Under the pieces are notes generated by a model. It saw nothing but the letters and a program-made list of their open reading frames with translations, searched no databases and was not told the DNA's origin. This document shows positions 21,580-33,560 of a stretch of 64,000 bases of DNA, piece by piece. Where the stretch lies: contig CAWIBO010000002.1 of assembly GCA_963834385.1 (NCBI GenBank), positions 1,120,001 to 1,184,000 of the forward strand. Direction: 5' to 3'. Numbering within the stretch: position 1 is the first letter of the stretch; each line of letters starts with the position of its first letter. Origin of the DNA: an uncultured Verrucomicrobiae bacterium. Lineage in GTDB: Bacteria; Verrucomicrobiota; Verrucomicrobiia; Chthoniobacterales; UBA10450. The position numbers were made by a program, and so were the translations under genes.

Positions 21580-22317
21580 ATGCGTTATCAGGCCCTCGCT
21601 TGCGATTACGACGGCACGCTGGCGCATGATGGCGAGCTGGCCGCGACGACGGCCGCGGCCCTCGTTCGTCTGCGCGAGAGCGGCCGCCGCCTTCTCATGG
21701 TGACCGGTCGCGAGCTGGAGGAGTTAAAGCAGGTCTGCCCGGTGCTCGACCTTTTCGAAATCGTCGTGGCGGAAAATGGCGCGCTGCTTTACCGGCCGGC
21801 CGACAACGAGATTCGGCTTCTTTGTCCGCCCCCTTCCCCGCTGCTGGTGGAGCGATTGCGCGCCGCCCGGGTCGAGCCGTTCTCGGTGGGGCACGCCATC
21901 GTGGCCACGCGCGAGCCTTACGACACCGTTGTGCAGAAAGTGATCGCCGAACTTGGCCTGTCGGTGCAGGTGATCTTCAACAAGGGCGCGGTCATGATCC
22001 TGCCGGAAGGCGTCAACAAGGCGACCGGCCTCGAGGCGGCGCTCTCCGAGATGCAGCTCGCCCCGGCCGCCGTGGTCGGCGTGGGCGATGCGGAGAATGA
22101 TCATGCCTTCCTGGAACAGTGCGGACTGGGCGTGGCGGTGGCCAACGCGCTGCCAATGCTGAAGAGCCGCGCCGACATCGTCACGCAGGGCGCCCGCGGC
22201 GACGGCGTGATTGAATTGATCAACCGGATGCTGGAAAACGATCTGGCCGACGTCCGACCGCGCGCCCTCAAGCCGCGGTCCGGGGCCCAGGCCGCCGAGT
22301 CGCATCCCGGCCGGTAA
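21580..22317 (+). CDS. HAD-superfamily hydrolase, class IIB (Cof-like)
   Basis: DYDGTL, GVNKATGL, GDAEND. Confidence 0.88.
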   Translation: MRYQALACDYDGTLAHDGELAATTAAALVRLRESGRRLLMVTGRELEELKQVCPVLDLFEIVVAENGALLYRPADNEIRLLCPPPSPLLVERLRAARVEPFSVGHAIVATREPYDTVVQKVIAELGLSVQVIFNKGAVMILPEGVNKATGLEAALSEMQLAPAAVVGVGDAENDHAFLEQCGLGVAVANALPMLKSRADIVTQGARGDGVIELINRMLENDLADVRPRALKPRSGAQAAESHPGR

Positions 22318-22557
22318 ACAACTTAAGCGGCCACTAGGGCGACAAAGGATTGACCCGGCGAAAAATCTGACCGCCCTATTGCCCTGCCGCCCGGGTCGCC
22401 CCCTCCACCTTTGCTCGCTTTGCATCGAATTGGCTCCGTGCAGGATGCATCACTTTGTGCGGGTGGCCGGGAAAGGCGTTTCTCCGCCCGGACAACAATT
22501 TCCAGAACCGCATTGAAAAACTGGAGAACCGATGGCGCGCGGGAATCCGATTGTTGG

Positions 22558-22725
22558 ATGGTGGAAAAGACCTCAGAGGATCCCCGTCCAAAGTCGGCGC
22601 GCCAGACCCCGGTCGTTTGCGTCCGCTGCCGGAAGATCATGAATCATATCAATGTTCCGCCGCGCAAAGAGAAAGATCGGCTTTTCAGTATTTGCGAAAG
22701 CTGCCAGGTCCGCGGACCGGTCTGA
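22558..22725 (+). CDS. Possible small Zn-ribbon protein (55 aa)
   Basis: CVRC...CESC; stop abuts the arsC stop; start uncertain. Confidence 0.35.
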   Translation: MVEKTSEDPRPKSARQTPVVCVRCRKIMNHINVPPRKEKDRLFSICESCQVRGPV

Positions 22726-23154
22726 TTACTCTCCTTCGGCGGCGAGAAACTCTTCGACCCGCTCCCGGATCGAATCGCGCACCCGGCGAAACTCAGCCAG
22801 TTTTTCCTCCGGCGTTCCCTTCGCCTGCGAAGGATCGGGAAACGGCCAGTGCAACCGCCGCGTCGGACCGGGGAAGATCGGGCAGCCCTGCGCTTCGGAT
22901 TCGTGGCAGACCGTCACGACATGGCTGAACGATGTTCCGTCGGCGGAAACATCGAAGACCGACTGTGTTTTCTTGCCGGAGATATCGATCCCCCACTCCT
23001 GCATGGCCTGCACGGCGAACGGATTCAGCGTGCCCGGCTCGAGCCCGGCGCTGTGCGCTTCGAAGCGATCGCCGCCGCGGGCTTTAAGGATCGCCTCCGC
23101 CATCTGGCTGCGGGCGCTGTTATGAACACAAAGAAAGAGAACACGTTTTTTCAT
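22726..23154 (-). CDS. arsC: Arsenate reductase, LMW-PTP family
   Basis: [16 protein letters not shown]-loop, [18 protein letters not shown]. Confidence 0.9.
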   Translation of the reverse strand: MKKRVLFLCVHNSARSQMAEAILKARGGDRFEAHSAGLEPGTLNPFAVQAMQEWGIDISGKKTQSVFDVSADGTSFSHVVTVCHESEAQGCPIFPGPTRRLHWPFPDPSQAKGTPEEKLAEFRRVRDSIRERVEEFLAAEGE

Positions 23155-23190
23155 TGGTTTCCGAGCGGGTCTCCTGACGTTAAAGGCGAG

Positions 23191-23221
23191 GACCCGCCGG
23201 GAAAGAACGCCCGGCGGGTTA
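23191..23221 (-). terminator. GC hairpin after pstS
   Basis: acccgccggg / cccggcgggt inverted repeat. Confidence 0.55.
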
Positions 23222-23243
23222 CGCGGTCAACCTTGGGGCAGGA

Positions 23244-24054
23244 TCACTTGACGGGAATGAACCCGACCTGCTGGGCGATCTTCTGCCCGGCAGGGCTCAG
23301 GGTAAAATCGACGAAGGCACTTCGCGGGACCAGTGGGATCGCCATTTGTATAGTAAAAGGTGGGCCGGGAAAGCGGATATTGCTTTGCCTGGACCGCCGC
23401 GACGGAGGGAGTCGCGCCATCGATCGGGACCACCTTGACGCCCGGAGCTTTTTCGTAGGCCAGGCCGACGTAACCGATCCCATTGGGATTCCGGCCGACT
23501 TCGGCCGCGATCTGCTCGTTGCCCGCCATCTTCTGGGCGCCGCCGGCATAATCACGCTTCTTCATCGCCAGCTCCTTGAAATCGGAATAGGTGCCCGAGG
23601 AGGTGTTGCGGGTGTAGATTGAGATCTTGCCCGCGGGACCGCCGACTGCGCTCCAGTCCTGCACATCGCCGGTGAAGATCTGTTCCACCTGCTTTTTGGT
23701 CAGGCCCTTGATCGGGTTGTTCTGGTTCACGATCACGGCGATGCCGTCATAAGCCACAATGGTCGGTTTCATGTTCACCCCCCTGGCCTGGGCGGCAGCG
23801 ATCTCCGTGGGCTTGGCCCGGCGGCTCGACATGCCGATCTGCGCGGTGCCATCGATGATGGCGGCGATTCCGGTGGTGGAACCCTCGGCCGCGATGTCGA
23901 AGGTGGTGCCGGAGTTCTGCGCCTTGAATTGTTCCGCGAGCTGCGGCACGAGTTTCGCCCCGAGAGTGTCGGAGCCCTTGATGACGAGGCGGTCTGCCAG
24001 CGCGGACGACGCCAGCAGGGCCATGGAGACGGTGAGTGTCAGGATGCGTTTCAT
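23244..24054 (-). CDS. pstS: Phosphate-binding protein PstS (1-nt frameshift ~23319)
   Basis: IKGSDT, GSTTG, RNTSSGT, YPLSRP; C-terminus AFVDFTLSPAGQKIAQQVGFIPVK is in the adjacent frame ending 23244. Confidence 0.9.
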
Positions 24055-24087
24055 GATGCTTCTTTCTTTGGTGCGTTGGGGTTGGGG

Positions 24088-25524
24088 TTAGAACTTCACG
24101 TTCAAATCAGCCTGGAAGATCTGGAAATGGTCGAGCGGGTTGAACCCGATGTCGCCGGAGCCGCCGGTGCCGAGGTTTTCATTCGCCTGCATGCCGTAGC
24201 CGTAGGTCAGGTTGAAAGTAATGGCGTCGCTGAGGGCGTAGCCGCCCTGCACCACCACGCCTTCCATGTTCAACCTCGCGTCGAACATGTCGGAATCGAT
24301 CAGGTTCGGATCGAGCGAGAATTGCTCGGCGTGCTGCCAGAACACCACCAGCTGCCAGTCGCGCTTGGCCCTGATCCTCCCGGCCTGCAACCCCACCTGG
24401 TAGGCGAAACGTTCATCCTCGTACTCGGGGAACCCAGCCGCGTCGGCCCGGTCTTCCGCGTCGAGATTCACCGCGAAAGAGGCAAAGACCCTGAAAGGAA
24501 ACTCGCCAAACTGCCAGCCGAACTCCATCGGCACCTCGAGAATGGCCAGGCTGTTGATCCCGGTCTGGTTCCCCGTCGGCGTCCCGCGGTAGAAGCTGTT
24601 GAAATCGTTTCCGTAGCCCGAGTAGTGGTAAAAAGCCGGGGCGAGTTGGAAATAGGTGGTCTTGTCGATGTTGAATTTCGCGCCCACCTGGTAGCCGAAA
24701 ATGTAGGCGTCGTTCTCCGGCACGCGGCGGCCGTTCGCCACCGCCGGCGGCCCGAGCGGATTCTCCGGGTTCACGTCGTCGTAAAGGAACTGTCCGAAGT
24801 TCGCGAAGAGGTCGATGGTGAACGAGCGCGGCGAGGCGAAGGCGGCCGGCGCGATCGCCTTGCCATCCTTGTCGAAAGTGGCGGGCGCATCGGTCCCTCC
24901 CCCGTAGTTGAAGGTGTAGGTGTGCCTCCACTGCTGGGCCAGGCCTTCGGGGTTGATGTCGCTGTCCCAAACCATCGAGCTGGCGACAAACGGATTCGGC
25001 ATCCGGCCGGCGGTAAAGGTGAAGTCGCGGAGGCCTTTGTAGCCGAGATAGGCCTGCCCGATGTAGGCGGCGTCGCTTGATTTGCCGAACGGCCCGTTGT
25101 CATCGCCGAAGGTCACGTTGGTGGAACGGGGGCTCGAGCTGGTCTCGAGGCGCAGTCCGTAAAACCAGTCGTCCAGCAGCTTGCCCCGCAGCCCGAGGCG
25201 CAGGCGGTAACGCTGCCGGTTCCGCTGGATGGTCTCGTCCCCGTCCGTGCCGGAGGGAAAATCGGTGTCGCCGTTGCGGACCTCGTAGCGCACCCGGGCG
25301 TCGCCGTAGATTTCGAACTCGGTGATCGGGGAAGCGAGCTTGAGCTTTCCCGCCGAGGTGCTGGCCGCTTCCTGGGATAGTTCCGCGCGGACGTCCTCGG
25401 CTTCCTGGTCGGTCAGGATGCCTTTGCGCACGAGGAGATCAATGAGCGCGCCGCTGTCCTGCGCCAGGCCGGCCGTGGCGGCCAGGGAGAAAAGAGCCAG
25501 AAAGATGAGATGGAGTTTCTTCAT
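24088..25524 (-). CDS. Putative outer-membrane porin (probably phosphate-selective by context)
   Basis: Signal peptide, LIDLLVRKGILT helix, RQRYRLRLG, amphipathic strands, C-terminal ADLNVKF. Confidence 0.85.
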   Translation of the reverse strand: MKKLHLIFLALFSLAATAGLAQDSGALIDLLVRKGILTDQEAEDVRAELSQEAASTSAGKLKLASPITEFEIYGDARVRYEVRNGDTDFPSGTDGDETIQRNRQRYRLRLGLRGKLLDDWFYGLRLETSSSPRSTNVTFGDDNGPFGKSSDAAYIGQAYLGYKGLRDFTFTAGRMPNPFVASSMVWDSDINPEGLAQQWRHTYTFNYGGGTDAPATFDKDGKAIAPAAFASPRSFTIDLFANFGQFLYDDVNPENPLGPPAVANGRRVPENDAYIFGYQVGAKFNIDKTTYFQLAPAFYHYSGYGNDFNSFYRGTPTGNQTGINSLAILEVPMEFGWQFGEFPFRVFASFAVNLDAEDRADAAGFPEYEDERFAYQVGLQAGRIRAKRDWQLVVFWQHAEQFSLDPNLIDSDMFDARLNMEGVVVQGGYALSDAITFNLTYGYGMQANENLGTGGSGDIGFNPLDHFQIFQADLNVKF

Positions 25525-25620
25525 ATTGTGTGGTGCTGGTTCGGAGCCGCGACCGCCCGCTCCGGGGAACGATCATCGGCAGGTTGGGTTAAGCTGAACA
25601 TGCGCAGGCTAAAAGCGTTT

Positions 25621-25660
25621 TGTTACGGCCCGAAGACGCGTTCGTTACAATCTCGTGAAC
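25621..25660 (-). promoter_or_regulatory. Pho box array upstream of porin-pstS
   Basis: On the minus strand TTCAC, GTAAC, GTCTT, GTAAC at exact 11-bp period (plus-strand left ends 25655, 25644, 25633, 25622). Confidence 0.75.
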
Positions 25661-25673
25661 ACGCGCCGGGTCC

Positions 25674-26159
25674 TTAGCTGGCCAGGAGCTGATTGCTGTA
25701 GCGCGGATCGCCCGTGACATCGTCGCCCAGCCATTCCGGCGGCACGAACTCCTCGCAGCTCTGCCGGTCGTCAAATTCCACCTCCGCCACCACGATCCCC
25801 TCGTGGCAGCCATGATAAATATCGATCTCCACCACATGATCGCGCCACGGCATCCGATGCCGCGTTTTCTCCAGCCGCTTTCCCTCCGTGGCCGGCCAGA
25901 GCATCTCGAACTGCGGCACCGTCAGTTCAATTTCCCGTTCTTCCCGCGATGTCCCGGCCGCTCCGCGTTTGAACGTCAGGATGAAACGCGGCGATCCCTC
26001 ACGCCCCGCCGCCACCCGGCGCAGGCGAACCTGGGTTCCATCCTCCTCGCAGACCAGATAACCCTGCGCGATCGATTCCTGCGGCAACTCCTCCAGCTTG
26101 TCCGGAAGTTCGCGGACCAGGAATTTTCTCTCGATCTCTCGCGGGGTCGCATCGGCCAC
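25674..26159 (-). CDS. CYTH (triphosphate tunnel) domain protein
   Basis: EIERKFLV, QGYL, AEVEF, DVTGDPRYSN. Confidence 0.92.
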   Translation of the reverse strand: MADATPREIERKFLVRELPDKLEELPQESIAQGYLVCEEDGTQVRLRRVAAGREGSPRFILTFKRGAAGTSREEREIELTVPQFEMLWPATEGKRLEKTRHRMPWRDHVVEIDIYHGCHEGIVVAEVEFDDRQSCEEFVPPEWLGDDVTGDPRYSNQLLAS

Positions 26160-26204
26160 GCCCGAGTCTGCCCCCCGCGCGCGGGCCCGGCAAGACCCGG
26201 GGCT

Positions 26205-26567
26205 TCAGGCCGGCCCGACTGTTCCCTGGACGGTCTCGATTTCCGCGAGCAGTTCGTCGCGGCGCTCGTTCAAGGTCTTGAGACGAAGCTGCCAGCGCGA
26301 CAACTGAATGCTGAGCTGGTTGATGTAGCTGGTGATCTCCGTCCGCTGCGATTCATTCTCCTTCAGGCGGCGCCGGGCGTCGGCCAACTTTGGGTCACCG
26401 GCCTCGGGAAGGGGCGGATTTTGCGAGGTGGCGGGCACGGTCACCGCTTCCTGACAACTGGAGCAGTTCAGCGTGTGCCCGGCGGCGGCGGCATCCACCA
26501 CCAGTGCGGCCTGGCAATGGGAGCAATGAAAAAGGATGTCGCCCGGGCCCGGCACAGTGCTTTGCAT
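26205..26567 (-). CDS. Hypothetical Zn-ribbon plus coiled-coil protein
   Basis: FHCSHC...CSSC followed by a heptad helix. Confidence 0.65.
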   Translation of the reverse strand: MQSTVPGPGDILFHCSHCQAALVVDAAAAGHTLNCSSCQEAVTVPATSQNPPLPEAGDPKLADARRRLKENESQRTEITSYINQLSIQLSRWQLRLKTLNERRDELLAEIETVQGTVGPA

Positions 26568-26716
26568 TCACGTTGGGTGAGCAAATAATATACCCGGCGC
26601 ACAACCGACTTGGCGGAGTCAGCAAGGCCCGGCGGTCTGGCCGCGATTGGTGGTCCCGAGGACGGGTTGTCGGGATAGAAGCGGGAACCATGGGGTAGTG
26701 GGCTACCATCGATCGC

Positions 26717-28859
<2,143 letters not shown>

Positions 28860-28866
28860 GCTTTGG

Positions 28867-28995
28867 AATGACGAATGACCAATGACGAGTGACCTAATCA
28901 ATGACGAAGCCGAATGATGAAGACAGGCTCCGCCTGCTTTATCGAACTTCGCCATTCGACATTCCTTCGTCCTTTGGCATTCGGAATTCGTCATT
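28867..28995. repeat. Heptamer-based imperfect inverted repeat
   Basis: aatgacg aatgacc aatgacg agtgacc ... ttcgccattcgacattc..ttcgtcatt. Confidence 0.75.
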
Positions 28996-29115
28996 ACCGC
29001 GCCGTCCAACACCCCAACTTTACCTAAACAGAAACCAATTTGCGGCCCGCTCCGCGGCTGAGAATTCCCCGGCGCGGTCCGCATTAACCAACCCAAGAAG
29101 GAGTACTAACCACAT

Positions 29116-29412
29116 ATGGCATCAGTGAACGTCAAACCGCTCGGTGATCGCGTGCTTGTGCAGGCGATCGAAGAGCAGGAAGTGAAAAAGGGCGGAATCA
29201 TCATCCCGGATACCGCCAAGGAGAAACCGCAGGAGGGCAAAGTCGTTGCTCTCGGCACCGGCAAGATCGACGACAACGGCAAGAAGGTCGATTTCACCGT
29301 GAAACAGGGTGACAAGGTGCTGATCAGCAAATACGGCGGCACCGAGATCAAGGTGGACGGTGAGTCCTACCTGATCATGCGCGAGGACGACATCCTCGGC
29401 ATCATTGGTTAA
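29116..29412 (+). CDS. groES: Co-chaperonin GroES
   Basis: [26 protein letters not shown]. Confidence 0.98.
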   Translation: MASVNVKPLGDRVLVQAIEEQEVKKGGIIIPDTAKEKPQEGKVVALGTGKIDDNGKKVDFTVKQGDKVLISKYGGTEIKVDGESYLIMREDDILGIIG

Positions 29413-29421
29413 GAGCGGATC

Positions 29422-29497
29422 AATTCGGAAGCCAGGAATCCAGGAACAGAAAAATCAACCTTTCCGGATTTCATCATGGCTTCCTGGTTTCCAAATT
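29422..29497. repeat. CCAGGAA-based inverted repeat
   Basis: aattcggaagccaggaatccaggaa ... ttcctggtttccaaatt. Confidence 0.7.
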
Positions 29498-29523
29498 CAA
29501 AATCTCAACTCAGAAAAACCTAG

Positions 29524-31188
<1,665 letters not shown>

Positions 31189-31220
31189 GCCCAGCGCTTA
31201 CTCGCTAACGAAAATCAACA

Positions 31221-31253
31221 GCAGCCGGGCTTCGAAAGGGGCCCGGCTGTTTT
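31221..31253 (+). terminator. Intrinsic terminator of dnaK-groESL
   Basis: gcagccgggc / gcccggctgt stem followed by T-run. Confidence 0.8.
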
Positions 31254-31260
31254 GCTTCCT

Positions 31261-32033
31261 CCCGGTAGGGCGAGACTCTGTCGAGCCTGGGGGAGAACTC
31301 ACCACAGAGAGCGCAGAGGACACAGAGGTGAGGCTGGGGCAGGATTTCCAATGGAGGGACCTGCTTCCGCAGGTCCAAGGACGAGCGGAAGCTCGTCCCT
31401 CCGCCTAGGGAACCAGCGCTTTGGAGAGGACAGGATTAACAGGATGGACAGGATTTCAGGAAAGGGCAGAAGAGATTAGTAGCAGGACATACAGCGCCCG
31501 AGATGTCGGCGGCGCGTTCTCCCAGGCTCCGCGGAGCGTCGCCCTACCGGGCCGGCGCGGCCCCCGCACCATTCACGATTCACCATCCTCCATTCACGTC
31601 CCCGCGTTCCCCCCGGTAGGGCGAGACTCTGTCGAGCCTGGGAGCACGGTCTGCTGCTCTTAAGAAGACAGGATTAACAGGATGGACAGGATTCGGAGCG
31701 AGGAAGAAGAGGGTTCCCGTCGGTGACAAACAGCGCCTGAGATGTTGGCGGCGCGTGCTCCCAGGCTCCGCGGAGCGTCGCCCTACCGGGCCGGCGCGGT
31801 TCCCGCACCATTCACGATTCACCATCCTCCATTCACGTCCCCGCGTTCCCCCGGTAGGGCGAGACTCTGTCGAGCCTGGGAGCACGGTCTGCTGCTCTTA
31901 AGAAGACAGGATTAACAGGATGGACAGGATTCGGAGCGGAGAAGAAGAGGGTTCCCGTCGGTGACAAACAGCGTCCGCGATGTCGGCGGCGCGTGCTCCC
32001 AGGCTCCGCGGAGCGTCGCCCTACCGGAGTAGC
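31261..32033. repeat. REP/BIME-like tandem array, 238-239 bp period
   Basis: Forward GTAG-REP at 31261, 31612, 31850; inverted REP at 31521, 31760, 31998; conserved linkers with ACAGGAT 9-mers and CCATTCA 7-mers. Confidence 0.9.
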
Positions 32034-32184
32034 AGCTCGGCCCAGGTGGTTTCGCTGCCGGAATTGGCTTCCCCAAATCAAGCGCCGCCGCGGTTGAGAT
32101 GCGTTTTGAGTTTCTCCCACAGGTGGCCTCCGACATCTCGACCATCACGGTATCGATCGGGCAGGCGTGCCTACGTGCACGGCG

Positions 32185-32628
32185 TCACCCTTCCAGCGCG
32201 TCAAGATCAGCCAGATCCTGCGGACGACCGACGGCTCGCTTGTTCGCAATCAGCAGTGGTTTGCTGAGAAAGGCGACGGGAACCCCGTCGAGTTGAGCCT
32301 CGACCTTGCTGTTGAACGCGTCCTCTGCGCTGACCCCGGTGATTCCGGTCAGGAGATCAATTCGATTTGGGGCGCGACCAAGCTGAATGATTTGTTCCGG
32401 CTTGGTGAAATCTGTCGCGGTGATCTCCGCATCGGCGAAGCCGAACTCCGCAAGCACAGCGATCATTTTCCCGGCGTTCTGCGCGGTCGGCCGAATGAAT
32501 ACGTCGAGATCGCCGGTGTAGCGCGGCCGGGCATGGAAGGCCAGGCTGTGTGCGCCCACAACTAGATACTCAACGCCGTGGGAATTGAGTAATGCGACAA
32601 ACTCTCTCGAGTCGTTGCTCAGGGGCAT
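32185..32628 (-). CDS. Predicted nucleotidyltransferase (AbiEii/DUF6036-like, toxin candidate)
   Basis: YLVVGAHS..H..PRYTGDLD (GA..DxD Pol-beta NTase core), KRAVGRPQDLAD. Confidence 0.8.
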   Translation of the reverse strand: MPLSNDSREFVALLNSHGVEYLVVGAHSLAFHARPRYTGDLDVFIRPTAQNAGKMIAVLAEFGFADAEITATDFTKPEQIIQLGRAPNRIDLLTGITGVSAEDAFNSKVEAQLDGVPVAFLSKPLLIANKRAVGRPQDLADLDALEG

Positions 32629-32746
32629 GGTTCAGAAGCTCGAGGAGCAGATCGACGCGTTCCTGCGGGGTAAGGCTTTTGTAAAACTCGCGGTCGGCTC
32701 TCTCCGCTTCCTCGAAGCTGCGGAACTTGGCGACCCTCTTTTGCAT
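32570..32746 (-). CDS. Small partner protein (antitoxin candidate, 58 aa)
   Basis: FEEAERADREFYKSLTPQERV; overlaps the NTase start by 59 nt. Confidence 0.65.
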   Translation of the reverse strand: MQKRVAKFRSFEEAERADREFYKSLTPQERVDLLLELLNHAPEQRLERVCRITQFPRR

Positions 32747-32816
32747 ATTCCAAGGTAGCAAACGGCGACGAGTTTGCCGAGATGCGAATTCAGTGGACTT
32801 CGCAGTTTGAAAACTG

Positions 32817-32957
32817 TGCTCTTAATAGGACAGGATTAACAGGATGGACAGGATTCGGAGCGAGGAAGAAGAGGGTTCCCTTCGGTGACACACAGCGCCT
32901 GAGGTGTCGGCGGCGCGTGCTCCCAGGCTCCGCGGAGCGTCGCCCTACCGAAGTAGC
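32817..32957. repeat. Right-half copy of the REP unit
   Basis: Near-identical to 31893..32033 (ACAGGAT module, linker, inverted REP). Confidence 0.9.
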
Positions 32958-32969
32958 CAGCCTGCCAAA

Positions 32970-32998
32970 GGAAAAGCCGCTCGGGTGAGCGGCTTTCC
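32970..32998 (-). terminator. Terminator of small Cys-rich gene
   Basis: ggaaaagccgctc / gagcggctttcc. Confidence 0.7.
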
Positions 32999-33017
32999 AT
33001 TCTCGATGAGCTTGTGC

Positions 33018-33227
33018 TTACGACGGCTTTTCGTCGTCCGCCGGCGGGCACTTTTCGCACGTCTCGCCATCCTTGGCCGCCTGGACGCAGCAGGGATGGG
33101 CGCATTCCTTGCCGGCTTTCTTGGCTTCGGCGCAGCATTTGGCGTGGGAATCCTCGGTGGCGAAACCGGGGCCGGTCATGAGGGCGACGGCGAACATCGC
33201 CGCGAAAAGCAATTTCAGGGATTTCAT
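33018..33227 (-). CDS. Small secreted Cys-rich protein (69 aa)
   Basis: Signal peptide; CC-x9-C-x-HPCC-x9-C-xx-C; own terminator. Confidence 0.75.
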   Translation of the reverse strand: MKSLKLLFAAMFAVALMTGPGFATEDSHAKCCAEAKKAGKECAHPCCVQAAKDGETCEKCPPADDEKPS

Positions 33228-33333
33228 GAAGCCGGTTGTAGAGCGAAATGCCGCCGCGTGTAAAGCCGTGAGTTGGCTCCCGAAAGGGGCAGAGGACGGG
33301 TTCTAAGCCGCGGGCAGGACGGGCGATTCGCGG

Positions 33334-33516
33334 GTCGGCTGCGCCTTCTCCCAAGCTCCGCAGAGCGTCGCCCTACCGGGTAGGCGCGGTCCCCGCACCA
33401 TTCACGATTCACCATCCTCCATTCACGTCCTTCTTCGCTCTCCTCGGTAGGGCGAGACTCTGTCGAGCCTGGGAGTACGGTCCGCTGCTCTTAAGAAGAC
33501 AGGATTTCAGGAAAGG
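33334..33516. repeat. Diverged REP unit copy (inverted REP, 7-mer linker, forward REP)
   Basis: cccaagctccgcagagcgtcgccctacc ... ggtagggcgagactctgtcgagcctggg. Confidence 0.88.
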
Positions 33517-33560
33517 TCCGGGCGTGCCCTGCGCGAGCGGCGCGCTATCTTGCCCTGGCG

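Noticed and set aside
31261..32033. CRISPR array
   Set aside because: Repeats alternate in orientation, the intervening sequences are near-identical rather than unique spacers, the period is 238 bp, and no cas genes are present.
31261..33516. Integron attC cassette array
   Set aside because: No RYYYAAC/GTTRRRY ends and no tyrosine integrase; the hairpins carry GTAG feet typical of REPs.
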